Assembly (NCBI GenBank): GCA_964475985.1
Contig: CAYYYP010000014.1
Location: 5,686 to 69,685 of the forward strand
DNA length: 64,000 nucleotides
Direction of reading: 5' to 3'
DNA from: an uncultured Oligoflexia bacterium
GTDB taxonomy: Bacteria > Bdellovibrionota > UBA1018 > CAYHWW01
Shown here: positions 10,092 to 22,308 of the stretch, one piece after another
How positions within the stretch are numbered: position 1 is the stretch's first letter
Layout of the letters: the number at the start of each line of letters is the position of its first letter
Notes under the pieces: model-generated
The model's input: only the letters and a program-made list of their open reading frames with translations
What the model was told of the DNA's origin: nothing
Databases searched by the model: none
Program-made: the position numbers and the translations under genes

Positions 10092-11141
10092 CTAAACTAA
10101 GCTCTCCAACCGCCCAATGAGCTTTTCCGCGATTTCTCGCATGGTGCCCTTCACGGTAAACCCGGCAGCAAAGGCATGACCGCCACCCGTAAATTCCGCG
10201 GCTAAAGTGTTCACCACGACGCGACCCTTGGATTTCAAGCTTGCCCGGATGCGCCCGTCTTCGAGCTCCCGTAGCAGCACCAGCACTTCGGGTTCCCGCA
10301 GCAGCATCAGAAAATTCACGATGTTTTGCAGCTCGTCACCCGATGCAGAATTTTTTTTCTGATCGGCCCAAGGTATTTCCACCCAGGCGATTTTGCCATC
10401 ACGGCATTCCTTCACCTTGGCGAGTACGCTCCCGATGAGCCGCAGGTGATCAACTGTTTTAGTTGAATAAATATTTTGGTAAATTTCCTCAGGTTCGACG
10501 CCGAATTCCACGAGCTCCGCCGCAATGCGATGGGAAAGCGCCGTGGTGCGCGCGTAGCGAAATGAATTCGTATCCGTCATAATGGAAACGTAGAGGCCAA
10601 GGGCGATTTCCTTAGAAAGGCGAAAACTACTGCCTTCCCACTCCACAAAGAGACGGTAAAGCAGTTCACCGATGGAAGAAGAAGCCTCATCGATGACGTC
10701 GTGCACCTGCAGCAAATCTGATTTTCCGCCAAGGGGAGGTTTTTCATCCGGCAATTGCGGGTGATGATCTAGAAAAAGAACCTTTGGTTGAACATCCTCA
10801 ATGTACTGCCATAGGCTTTTTAGCCTTCGGTAATCCCCGGTATCTACGACGACGAAGAGATCCGGCGGTGTGGTCGGAGGCTTGGAATTTTCATAAACCG
10901 CAAATTCGCCCAACGAATCTAAGAACTCATACCGGGTGGGCAAGGGGTCAGGGTTCAGGATGGTAACGGTTTTGCCGTGTTTCCTTAGGTAGTGGAAAAG
11001 GGCCGATTCCGCGCCCAATCCATCGCCGTCGGGGTTTGCGTGGGTGGAAAGCAGCACATGTTTTGCCGCTTTAAGCTGGGCCACGGCCTCGGATAGGGAA
11101 AGATGCATCTCTTTTTGTGTCTTCACCAATGAAATCGGCAA
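10092..11141 (-). CDS. nrnA: DHH/DHHA1 phosphoesterase (NrnA-like oligoribonuclease/pAp phosphatase)
   Basis: Motifs HANPDGDGLG and FLDHHP, C-terminal GGGHAFAAG (DHHA1). Confidence 0.75.
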   Translation of the reverse strand: MPISLVKTQKEMHLSLSEAVAQLKAAKHVLLSTHANPDGDGLGAESALFHYLRKHGKTVTILNPDPLPTRYEFLDSLGEFAVYENSKPPTTPPDLFVVVDTGDYRRLKSLWQYIEDVQPKVLFLDHHPQLPDEKPPLGGKSDLLQVHDVIDEASSSIGELLYRLFVEWEGSSFRLSKEIALGLYVSIMTDTNSFRYARTTALSHRIAAELVEFGVEPEEIYQNIYSTKTVDHLRLIGSVLAKVKECRDGKIAWVEIPWADQKKNSASGDELQNIVNFLMLLREPEVLVLLRELEDGRIRASLKSKGRVVVNTLAAEFTGGGHAFAAGFTVKGTMREIAEKLIGRLESLV

Positions 11142-11212
11142 GATATTCCTCCGGGCGGCCTCTTTAGTTCACTCTTCATTCTACCGATCCTAAGGCTAGA
11201 GGTTCAATAGAA

Positions 11213-11617
11213 ATGATTCATAAGAAGAGTAAATCGACGCTCAACGCCGGCAATTTTGATGTGGATCCTCTTTATGAGACTTTTGAAAAAATGATGCACG
11301 ACTTCAATGACGCTACGGAGACCCAAGATGCCTTCATCGATAAGGTCCTAAGTGAGTACCTCAAGGTGATCACCGCGCAAGGCTTGATCGTTTCGCCAAA
11401 GTACCGCGCATTCCTAGAAGATGAAGTCCGTGAACAGGTTCAAGTCATGCTCGTGAAGAAATCTTTAGGCTGCCTTAAAAAAGAGGAATTTTTGGTTCCG
11501 CCCCATGCGTCCAAAATGCTGCAGCCTTTGACGACGGATCCTGAGGAATTGACCATGGACGTCAAACGAAAAAGATTTGAATTCTTTTCCCGCAAACGAA
11601 ACAAATCCAGCCCATAA
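11213..11617 (+). CDS. hypothetical protein
   Basis: 134-aa ORF in an intergenic gap, convergent with rimK. No recognisable motif. Confidence 0.3.
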   Translation: MIHKKSKSTLNAGNFDVDPLYETFEKMMHDFNDATETQDAFIDKVLSEYLKVITAQGLIVSPKYRAFLEDEVREQVQVMLVKKSLGCLKKEEFLVPPHASKMLQPLTTDPEELTMDVKRKRFEFFSRKRNKSSP

Positions 11618-11620
11618 AGG

Positions 11621-12538
11621 CTATTTTTTAAGCTTCATTGCGCGAATAGGTTTTTTTGCAATCCCGCGATGCACGTGAATGGCGTGCTGAATGATCATGC
11701 GGGCAACATTAATTTTTGTCGCCGCTTCGATGCCTTCAAATCCCGGAGAGGAATTCACTTCGATGATCTTTGGGCCTGCCAGGGTTTCTAGGATATCCAC
11801 TCCCGCGACGGAAAGCCCTACGGCCCTTGCGGCCTGGATCGCAGCCCTTCGGTAATTTTCCTTAAGCTCGACGATGATTCCTTCGCCGCCGCGGTGGATA
11901 TTGGAGCGAAACTCACCTTCTTTAGCCTGGCGACGCATGGCGGCGACCACTTGGTCTCCGATAACAAACGCACGAATGTCTCTGCCGGCACTTTCCCTAA
12001 CGTACTGCTGAAGCAATACGTCCTGCTCCAAACTCCACATGGTTTCCAAAACGGACTGGGTGGAGGATGCACTTTCCGTAAGCATAACTCCGACCCCTTG
12101 CGTACCGCGATTCACTTTAATGACGGCCGGTACACCTTGGATCAAACGTAAGGCAAGCCTTGATGCGCGCGGACTACGCATGAGCACCGTGATGGGAACT
12201 TCAAGGCCTTTTTCCGAAAGAATTTGTAGCGATCTAAATTTATCGCGGCTCTGGGCGATGGCCGTTGAGTTGTTGATGACCTTAACGCCCTGCAACTCAA
12301 ATTGTTTGACCACCGCTAGCCCGTATTCCGTAATGGAAGTACCGATGCGCGGTAAAACTACATCGATTCCCCACAGGGGTTTTTCATGCAGGAAAAGTGC
12401 GTTGTAACCCTTTGCCACCAGGACTTGGCAGTCCAAAGGGTTTACGACCTGCACTTGGACCCTCAAGGCCTTGGCCTCTTTGATGAGCCTCGCCACTGAA
12501 TGAAGTTTTGCATTCCGGGAAAGGATGGCGAGTTTCAT
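11621..12538 (-). CDS. rimK: RimK-family ATP-grasp alpha-L-glutamate ligase
   Basis: MKLAILSR... N-terminus and ATP-grasp motifs (SNIHRGGEG, VAGVDIL, EVNSSPG) typical of RimK. Confidence 0.8.
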   Translation of the reverse strand: MKLAILSRNAKLHSVARLIKEAKALRVQVQVVNPLDCQVLVAKGYNALFLHEKPLWGIDVVLPRIGTSITEYGLAVVKQFELQGVKVINNSTAIAQSRDKFRSLQILSEKGLEVPITVLMRSPRASRLALRLIQGVPAVIKVNRGTQGVGVMLTESASSTQSVLETMWSLEQDVLLQQYVRESAGRDIRAFVIGDQVVAAMRRQAKEGEFRSNIHRGGEGIIVELKENYRRAAIQAARAVGLSVAGVDILETLAGPKIIEVNSSPGFEGIEAATKINVARMIIQHAIHVHRGIAKKPIRAMKLKK

Positions 12539-12540
12539 AA

Positions 12541-14043
12541 TTAAAAAGGTTTTTTCCGCTTAGACGAAGAAAGAATGCCTAAGACATCGCGGTACTTTGC
12601 CACTGTGCGCCTGGCGATTTCGATGTTTTCGCTGCGCAAAAGCTCAACGATGCGCTGATCAGAAATAGGCTTGCGGGGATCTTCCTTAGCGACCATCTGG
12701 CGGATCTTGTCCTTCACCGCTTCCGATGCGACGTCACCACCACCATCGGCCGATGAGATTCCTGAATTAAAAAAGTACTTCAGCTCAAAAATACCCACGG
12801 GAGTATGAACAAATTTATTGGTTGTTACACGGCTTACCGTGGACTCGTGCATTCCGATGTCGGCGGCAACATCCCGCAGCACCAAAGGCTTAAGGTTCTC
12901 AACGCCTTTATCGAAAAAATCCCGCTGATATTTCACGATGCTTTCCGTGACCTTAAAAATCGTTTTCTGACGATTGTGAATGCTGCGGATTAACCATACG
13001 GCTGAACGGAGTTTTTCTTGGATGTAGGTTTTCGTTTCGGAGCCCGTACCTTTAGGGGTTTTGCTCAAAACATCTTTGTAATAACTAGAAACCCTAAGCT
13101 TAGGCAGGCCATCTTCGTTGAGCGTAATGGCAAAATCGCCGGTGGCCGTTTTGTAAATGTAAATGTCGGGCGTAATGTATTGCGTGTTATCCGAACCGGT
13201 GAAATTGCGACCGGGCCTAGGTTCAAGTTCCCGAATGATTTTTGTGCACTCCACGACATCGTCCATGGGGATGGATAAAGCTTTAGTAATTGCCGTGTAA
13301 TTTTTGCGTTCAAGCTCGGGCAAGTGTTGATCAATGATCTTTTCCACGAGTTCATGGCGTGGCTGAAGGAGAATCCTCGCCTGCACCAGCAGGCATTCGC
13401 GAAGATTTCGGGAAGCAACCCCAATGGGATCAAACTGCTGAATGATTTTTAAAACTTCTTCGGCATCTTCAAGGTCAATCGTGCACTCGCGGGAAAGATC
13501 TTCCAAATTTGCTTGAAGGTAACCATCATCATTGAGATTCCCAATGATCAGTTCGCCCAATCTTTTTTCATTAGCCTCAAGCACTGCCATGCTGAGCTGC
13601 CAACGCAAGTGCTCTTCCAAACTCGTAGTCCGAGTTAAGATGTTTTCAAAGGACGGCATATCATCGGAGTCTGGCATTTCCGTACCGCGCGGCGCGGCCG
13701 GTCCCTGTTGATTGATCTCATCGATGTAGGATTCCCAGTCGATGTCATCTTTTTTACGATCCAAAAATTGATCAGGCGTTGCTTCCTGAATCAAAGACTC
13801 AGGATTATCGGAAGCGACTTGGCCTTCGGGACCTGCTTCGCCCGGTGCCGGTTGTTCCGATGCCGTGCTGCCTTCAAGCGTGTCGGTGATTTCCTCCAGC
13901 AATGGGTTGTCGATCATTTCTTGATTGACGACCTCAGCGAGCTCCAGGCGATTCAACTGAAGAAGTTTAATGGCCTGCTGCAGCTGAGGCGTCATCACCA
14001 GCTGTTGACTGAGCCGCAAGGATTGTTTGATCTCTAATGCCAT
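12541..14043 (-). CDS. rpoN: RNA polymerase sigma-54 factor
   Basis: N-terminal LRLSQQLVMTPQLQQAIKLLQL region I. C-terminal HTH and RpoN box ARRTVAKYR. Confidence 0.92.
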   Translation of the reverse strand: MALEIKQSLRLSQQLVMTPQLQQAIKLLQLNRLELAEVVNQEMIDNPLLEEITDTLEGSTASEQPAPGEAGPEGQVASDNPESLIQEATPDQFLDRKKDDIDWESYIDEINQQGPAAPRGTEMPDSDDMPSFENILTRTTSLEEHLRWQLSMAVLEANEKRLGELIIGNLNDDGYLQANLEDLSRECTIDLEDAEEVLKIIQQFDPIGVASRNLRECLLVQARILLQPRHELVEKIIDQHLPELERKNYTAITKALSIPMDDVVECTKIIRELEPRPGRNFTGSDNTQYITPDIYIYKTATGDFAITLNEDGLPKLRVSSYYKDVLSKTPKGTGSETKTYIQEKLRSAVWLIRSIHNRQKTIFKVTESIVKYQRDFFDKGVENLKPLVLRDVAADIGMHESTVSRVTTNKFVHTPVGIFELKYFFNSGISSADGGGDVASEAVKDKIRQMVAKEDPRKPISDQRIVELLRSENIEIARRTVAKYRDVLGILSSSKRKKPF

Positions 14044-14089
14044 GCCCTAGATTTGCCTCATTTTATGGAGTCTGTACTTTAAAAACGAC

Positions 14090-14860
14090 TCAAAGTTTAA
14101 AATTATGCCCTAGGTATGCTTCACGTGCCCGAGGGCTTTCTGCGATCTGCGTCGGCGTTCCGTATTCTAAGATCATACCATCGGAAAGAATGTAGCCCAA
14201 ATCACAAATGCCCAAAGTCTCCCGAACATTGTGATCAGTGATAAGAATGCCGAGCCCCCGCTGCTTTAATTTTCGGATGACATCTTGAATTTCCGCGACA
14301 GCTAAGGGGTCAACTCCGGCAAAGGGTTCATCGAGGAGCAAAAAAAGCGGATCAAGCGCCAAAGCCCTAGCCACTTCCACTCGCCGCCGCTCGCCCCCCG
14401 AAAGGGTAAACGCCTTTTGTTGGGCCACGTGTCGAATACTAAAATCATCAAGGAGGTTGGAAAGTTTTTCCCGCCGCTGGGCCCGGGTAAGATCCGTATT
14501 CTCCAGCACCGCCAAAATATTATCTTCGACCGTCATCTTACGAAAAACGCTGGGCTCCTGTGGAAGATAACCCACGCCAATGCGGGCCCGCTCATGCATG
14601 GGAAGGTCCGTGAGTTCCTGACCATTTAAAAATACTTTCCCGTCATCGGCCTTAATCAAACCAACGACCATATAGAAAGATGTAGTTTTGCCGGCGCCAT
14701 TAGGACCGAGTAACCCTACAATTTGCCCTGATTGAAGGCCAAAGGCCACATTCTTCACCACCGTGCGTTCACCAAATTTTTTAACTAAACCTTCAGCTTT
14801 AAGCGTGTTGGGCTGGGTATGGGACGTGGCGGAGGATTCATTTGGTTTCGTGGATTCCAT
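14090..14860 (-). CDS. lptB: LPS export ABC transporter ATP-binding protein LptB
   Basis: Walker A GPNGAGKTT, LSGGERRRVEVARAL signature, position directly upstream of rpoN as in the lptCAB-rpoN synteny. Confidence 0.85.
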   Translation of the reverse strand: MESTKPNESSATSHTQPNTLKAEGLVKKFGERTVVKNVAFGLQSGQIVGLLGPNGAGKTTSFYMVVGLIKADDGKVFLNGQELTDLPMHERARIGVGYLPQEPSVFRKMTVEDNILAVLENTDLTRAQRREKLSNLLDDFSIRHVAQQKAFTLSGGERRRVEVARALALDPLFLLLDEPFAGVDPLAVAEIQDVIRKLKQRGLGILITDHNVRETLGICDLGYILSDGMILEYGTPTQIAESPRAREAYLGHNFKL

Positions 14861-15935
14861 TGGCGTGGGATACCTCTACTAAATTTTTTGTGCGATAAAT
14901 CGTAATGATCTCACCCGTTAGTGTGTCGGTCTCTTGATACACCGAAGGAAACCCCGAGAGAATCACCTTGTCATCCTCGGAAATGAAATCCGCACGTTGG
15001 CAGGTGGAATATTTCATGCCGTCCTCAAGTTTTTTGACGTCAGTTTCTTGAAGGTAAACCTCACCTTTAGCGACCATGAATTGTAAGCCGTTGGGCCCGG
15101 TGCTTTGTTTTGACCCATAGGTCATTTCCTGTTCCTTAGAGCGCACCAATAAAGTCCCCATATGGGATTGAACCAACCTTGAGGGGTGATCCATCATGAA
15201 GTACGCAACTTTTTTTGCGCGATCGACATTCGAGCGGTCTGAAGTGACGTCGGAGTGTTCGGAAGGTTTTCCACGAACAATTTTCGCACGTACATTATGC
15301 TCAACATTGAGCACCGGAGTTTTACGCGGCGCAATAAGCCCAGTTCCCCAAATTAACATTTCTTTGTTTTGGTCGGTGCCAAAAAAATCCTCATTCGTTC
15401 GCACCAAATCCTCGATGTGGGAATAGTGGGCTTTATTGGTCTTGACCGAAAAGCCATCCGGGAAAGTCACAAAAACATTGTCAATGAGGTCAATGTCCTT
15501 GGTTTTTAAGTCATAATTTGCGGTGCGGCCCGTAACCACCGTAGGTGCCTGTTTTGAGTTATCATTGGAATCATACATTTTGATTTTCGCGTTTTTTGCC
15601 TGGAGGGTCTGGGATTTTTCATACACCACCGCATGATCGGCGATCATTTCGGAACGTTTGAGGTCGCCTTCCACGGAATAATAATGCACGCCATCCATGG
15701 TGTATTGAATCGCGTCATCGGGGCGCTGATATTCAACCATGGTGGGCAGGCTCTTAAACATGCCACGCACCGTTTTCTCTTCTTGTTTATCAAATACGCG
15801 TGGCAAAAAGACGAGAACTTCTACGCTGACTAAAAGACCCACGAAAGCCAGCAGCAAAGGTCTAAATATTTTTTGCAAGAAGGCGCGAAGCTTCACCCGA
15901 AACAGCCGCAGGCGCCGAACGGACTTGCCGCCCAT
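14838..15935 (-). CDS. LptC/LptA-family (OstA-like) periplasmic LPS-transport protein, possibly fused LptC-LptA
   Basis: N-terminal TM anchor like LptC. C-terminal OstA-like strands (KYSTCQRADF...LSGFPSVYQETDTLTGEIITIY) like LptA. Lies between kdsC and lptB. Confidence 0.5.
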   Translation of the reverse strand: MGGKSVRRLRLFRVKLRAFLQKIFRPLLLAFVGLLVSVEVLVFLPRVFDKQEEKTVRGMFKSLPTMVEYQRPDDAIQYTMDGVHYYSVEGDLKRSEMIADHAVVYEKSQTLQAKNAKIKMYDSNDNSKQAPTVVTGRTANYDLKTKDIDLIDNVFVTFPDGFSVKTNKAHYSHIEDLVRTNEDFFGTDQNKEMLIWGTGLIAPRKTPVLNVEHNVRAKIVRGKPSEHSDVTSDRSNVDRAKKVAYFMMDHPSRLVQSHMGTLLVRSKEQEMTYGSKQSTGPNGLQFMVAKGEVYLQETDVKKLEDGMKYSTCQRADFISEDDKVILSGFPSVYQETDTLTGEIITIYRTKNLVEVSHANGIHETK

Positions 15936-15937
15936 TT

Positions 15938-16504
15938 TTAAGGAGCGCTCCGTAAATTAGCGGCGACCTCTGACTTGATACGCCGAATGAGATCACAAAC
16001 CTCACGCACTGCGCCAAGCCCACCCAATTCGTGAGTGATATAATGAGCGATTTCTTTAGCTTCCGGAACGGCATTCGGCACAGTTGCCGCAAAGCCCACT
16101 TTTTCCAAAACGGGAATGTCAAAGAGATCATCGCCCATAAAACCACATTGTGAAGCCGTAAGACCCGTATCGCTTAAGATTTTTTCGAAGGCCACGATTT
16201 TATTCTCATCACCTAAATAAACGTGTTTGATGCCCAAAAACTTTGCTCGCTCACGAACGGATTTAGAATCCCCGCCACTCACAAACGCCACGTCGATACC
16301 GATTTGGCGAAGAAGTTTAATGCCATGCCCATCTCGAACATTGAAAGCGCGATTCCAGCCCGTGCCTTCCGTCCACCAAATGGTTCCGTCGGTGAGGACA
16401 CCATCGACGTCAAGGATGAGAAGCTCGAGCCTAGCCACGGAAGCTTCCAGTTTCGCGCTGAGTTGCTGTTTTCGGGGATCAATGAAGGTGTAATGAAAGC
16501 TCAT
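15938..16504 (-). CDS. kdsC: 3-deoxy-D-manno-octulosonate 8-phosphate phosphatase (HAD-IIIA)
   Basis: HAD motif I DVDGVLTDG, GDDLFDIP motif IV, size 188 aa, synteny with lptC/A/B-rpoN. Confidence 0.8.
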   Translation of the reverse strand: MSFHYTFIDPRKQQLSAKLEASVARLELLILDVDGVLTDGTIWWTEGTGWNRAFNVRDGHGIKLLRQIGIDVAFVSGGDSKSVRERAKFLGIKHVYLGDENKIVAFEKILSDTGLTASQCGFMGDDLFDIPVLEKVGFAATVPNAVPEAKEIAHYITHELGGLGAVREVCDLIRRIKSEVAANLRSAP

Positions 16505-16788
16505 ATATTTCTTTTTAAGTGTAAGGATTTTCTTAGATAATGTCGAAGTTTTTGACGTGCGTTTAAAAAAAGGCCGGAAAATTCGCAGAACAAATCCACA
16601 ATTTGAAAATGAATCGCAGTCCCGGAAAAGCCACCGAAATTTATTGACGGCGGTCGGTTGCCACCCCTCAAACTACCGCATGTAGCTGATATTAAATATT
16701 TTTAATTTATACCAGAAAGCTTCATGCGCGCGTAACGCCCCTCGCAGGATGGAGACTTTTGCCCGGGGAATTCCAGAATTTTGGAAGC

Positions 16789-16804
16789 TGGCACACCAAC
16801 TGCA
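16789..16804 (+). promoter_or_regulatory. candidate sigma-54 (-24/-12) promoter TGGCAC-N5-CTGCA
   Basis: TGGCACaccaaCTGCA with canonical GG-to-GC spacing, about 65 nt upstream of the lipoprotein start at 16872. Confidence 0.3.
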
Positions 16805-16871
16805 CATGGGGCAGTGCGACGTATTCAAGTTGTTCGAAATCGTTGTTGTTCAAAAAGTTGGAGATGAAGTT

Positions 16872-17399
16872 ATGAAAAAGTTACCGTTAAAAATTTTATG
16901 TAGAAATATCGCCCGCGTTCTTTTCCTAGGCACGATCGCCTTATCCACGTTCATGATCACGTCGGGTTGCGGAAAGTCCGATCCGGTTGTCAATAATCCG
17001 CCTGGCGTAAATAACAATCCTTACAATTCAAATGCTGCCTATCAGCAAGCAGCCTTCAATCCGTTAAATTCCGGCACCTTTCAATTTGGGCAACAGTGCC
17101 AAGTAGCCCCTGGCGTTCCAGGCATTGCATTAGGTTACAATTGCGTACAGCAAGGCCAACTCCCCTGCATCATCCCAAGTTCCGGTCAGGTGGGAGTTTA
17201 CACCTCCCAGGGTTGTCAGTATGCACAAACAACTATTGTTTATGCTTGCCGCCCCGGCGACGTGATGACTCCGGTAGCAATTCAGAATCAACTCACCCAG
17301 CAGATGGATACGCTTTTACTCTGTCAAAGCAGTTGCGGTCAGAACTCAATGCTCTCTTGGAATTCGACTTGCTACAACTCAACCATCTTCCCTTACTAA
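16872..17399 (+). CDS. Cys-rich lipoprotein, hypothetical
   Basis: Internal ATG at 16872 gives MKKLPLKILCRNIARVLFLGTIALSTFMITSGC (lipobox ITSGC). Mature part is Gln/Asn/Cys-rich. Confidence 0.4.
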   Translation: MKKLPLKILCRNIARVLFLGTIALSTFMITSGCGKSDPVVNNPPGVNNNPYNSNAAYQQAAFNPLNSGTFQFGQQCQVAPGVPGIALGYNCVQQGQLPCIIPSSGQVGVYTSQGCQYAQTTIVYACRPGDVMTPVAIQNQLTQQMDTLLLCQSSCGQNSMLSWNSTCYNSTIFPY

Positions 17400-17488
17400 T
17401 CCCTCAGCCTACTCGCCATCTCCTACTCCTCTCCTCCCTCCTCTAATCCAGGCGGTGGGTTCCGTAACGGCGAGACGGGATCCACCGC

Positions 17489-20043
<2,555 letters not shown>

Positions 20044-20067
20044 CTAAAGAGGAATAAGAATCAGACT

Positions 20068-20865
20068 TTAAACCCCGGTTTTAACGAGCTTTCGCACCAT
20101 CTCAAGATCCTCTAAAGTATCTACGCCAATGGACTTGTTTTGACTCAGCGCAACTCCGATCGGCATTCCGTAATGCAAAGCGCGAAGCTGCTCTAACGAT
20201 TCAGAAATTTCAAGTTTCGTGCGCGCGGATTGGGCGAATTTTAAAAGTGCAGCTTTGGTGTAAACGTAAATGCCTAGATGTTGTTGGCAGATGAGATCCT
20301 TGGGGTTTTTTGGCCTCGATTCCCTTGAGTAGGGAAACGGAAATCTGGAAAAATAAATCGCTTGATCCTGGGCGCCCTTCATCACTTTGACGGCGTTAGG
20401 ATTGTCAAAGTCCCCGAAGGAATCAAAGGGCACGGCGGTGGTGGTAATGGAAAACTCGCCAAGCAAAATCAGTTTCACTGCGGCGGTGACGCATTCAGGG
20501 TCCATGAGCGGTTCATCACCCTGCAAGTTCACGAACACGTCATAGTCCGGATAAGTCTCTGCAACCTTGGCCACCCGGTCGGTGCCTGATTGGATCTGCG
20601 AAGACGTCATTACGACTTTTCCGCCAAAGGATTCCACCAGGTTTTTAATTTTTTCGTGGTCAGTCGCAACGATAACGTCGCAGACCATTCCGGGAAAACT
20701 TTCCTTCAGGGTTCGGGCGGCCATTTCCGCGCGTTCGAACACCCATCTGATCATGGGCTTACCCGCGATGTCCGCCAACGCTTTTTCCGCTAACCTAGTC
20801 GATTCCAAACGGGACGGAATGACGATGAGGATTTTTGATAAAATATTTTTTGAATTTTGCGGCAT
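20068..20865 (-). CDS. kdsB: 3-deoxy-manno-octulosonate cytidylyltransferase (CMP-KDO synthetase)
   Basis: ILIVIPSRLESTRLAEKALADIAGKPMI N-terminus, about 265 aa, adjacent to pyrG-kdsA. Confidence 0.85.
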   Translation of the reverse strand: MPQNSKNILSKILIVIPSRLESTRLAEKALADIAGKPMIRWVFERAEMAARTLKESFPGMVCDVIVATDHEKIKNLVESFGGKVVMTSSQIQSGTDRVAKVAETYPDYDVFVNLQGDEPLMDPECVTAAVKLILLGEFSITTTAVPFDSFGDFDNPNAVKVMKGAQDQAIYFSRFPFPYSRESRPKNPKDLICQQHLGIYVYTKAALLKFAQSARTKLEISESLEQLRALHYGMPIGVALSQNKSIGVDTLEDLEMVRKLVKTGV

Positions 20866-20874
20866 TTACGTGGA

Positions 20875-22308
20875 CTATGCCGCACGGATGAGTTCCTGCG
20901 CAACAAAAACATGATTTCTTTGCGCGCGTTTTGCGGAGTACATCGCCGCATCGGCCGCTTCCAAAATTTCTTTCCTGGTTTTTGCATGATCCGGGCAAAC
21001 CGCTACACCTATACTTACGGTAAGGTGGAGGGCCAAACCTTCTTTTTCAAGGAACACATGCTTTTCGATGGTTTTTCGCACGTCTTCAGCGAGCGCCACC
21101 GCTTCGCCCTTTGAAATTCCCTCTAGGATGATCACGAATTCATCTCCGCCGTATCGGCATATGACGTCTGATCTGCGCAAAACTTTCTCCACTACCTGTC
21201 CCATTTCACAAAGCAAATGAGTGCCCACTAAGTGGCCATTGGAATCATTCACTTGTTTGAAATGGTCGACGTCCAAAAACATTACGGCAAAACTTGAAGA
21301 CTTCAGTTTCTGACGGGCAAAGGCCTGATCTAAAAACTCCGAGAGAAACCTTGCGTTAAACAAGCCCGTGACGTCATCTTTGTATAAGAGTTCTGTCACG
21401 TCCCGAAAACTTTCAATTTGTTTTCCGGTGAGACGCACTTGTGAACTTAAGATGCGGAATAAGGACACGAGTTCTTCAATGGTGTGAGAAAGAGAGGGCT
21501 GTGAACAGACCACATAATAATTTCTGGCCCCCACACACTGAAATTGAAAAACAATAACTTCTGGACCCACCAGCGACTTAGGTAAAACGCGGAACTCGGC
21601 TTGGTCCTGGACCATTTTTTGAAAAACTTGGGACCATTCCACTACCACGTCAAGCACATCAACATTGGAATCCAAGTCTGTCTCAATGCGATCCCAGCGA
21701 TCAGACTGCATCTCGTAAAGGCCGAGGCCTGTACACTGCGTGGTTTTTTTCAAATATTGCATCGCTAGGGAAAAGAGGCTTGTTTCATCCAAAGTGGAGG
21801 AAATGAGTTGGCAAGTTTGAATGACCGAGCCGTAGGTACTCTGGACTTCATCGGTTCCCAAGGCGAGTGCTCGGGCCACGACTTTTTTTAAACTTTTTTG
21901 AAAGCGTGCGATCACGTAGGCCGCCGCATTGGCCTGCGCTAAGTCAAGTACGTCTTCTGCGCCGTTACGCATAAAATCTACGGTGTCCGAGGTTTGAAAG
22001 TCTCTGCCCATGATGATGAACTTGCTTTCGGGCAACACTGAGCGGACTTTTTCTATGTGGTGGGCGAAATTTTTTGACAAAACAATAAGCTGGCCAATGC
22101 CGCTTTCGGAAAGCAGAGTTTCCAAAAAATCTTGCTCAGAATGCAAAACAAAAACTTCCGGCGTAAGGTCCGTACCGGAAGTTTCAAAAATTTCCTTCGC
22201 TTTGCGGGATAACGACTGGGCCAAGATTTCGTCATCTAAGAAAATAAGTACTCTGAGCTTGACGCTGACCTTCTTAAGCGGCGCGGGATTCATCTTTTGC
22301 TCCAGCAT
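20875..22308 (-). CDS. GGDEF diguanylate cyclase with N-terminal pseudo-receiver and GAF-like region
   Basis: Intact RYGGDEF active-site motif plus the upstream inhibitory-site region. N-terminal REC-like fold (LIFLDDE) without a clear phospho-acceptor context. Confidence 0.8.
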   Translation of the reverse strand: MLEQKMNPAPLKKVSVKLRVLIFLDDEILAQSLSRKAKEIFETSGTDLTPEVFVLHSEQDFLETLLSESGIGQLIVLSKNFAHHIEKVRSVLPESKFIIMGRDFQTSDTVDFMRNGAEDVLDLAQANAAAYVIARFQKSLKKVVARALALGTDEVQSTYGSVIQTCQLISSTLDETSLFSLAMQYLKKTTQCTGLGLYEMQSDRWDRIETDLDSNVDVLDVVVEWSQVFQKMVQDQAEFRVLPKSLVGPEVIVFQFQCVGARNYYVVCSQPSLSHTIEELVSLFRILSSQVRLTGKQIESFRDVTELLYKDDVTGLFNARFLSEFLDQAFARQKLKSSSFAVMFLDVDHFKQVNDSNGHLVGTHLLCEMGQVVEKVLRRSDVICRYGGDEFVIILEGISKGEAVALAEDVRKTIEKHVFLEKEGLALHLTVSIGVAVCPDHAKTRKEILEAADAAMYSAKRAQRNHVFVAQELIRAA

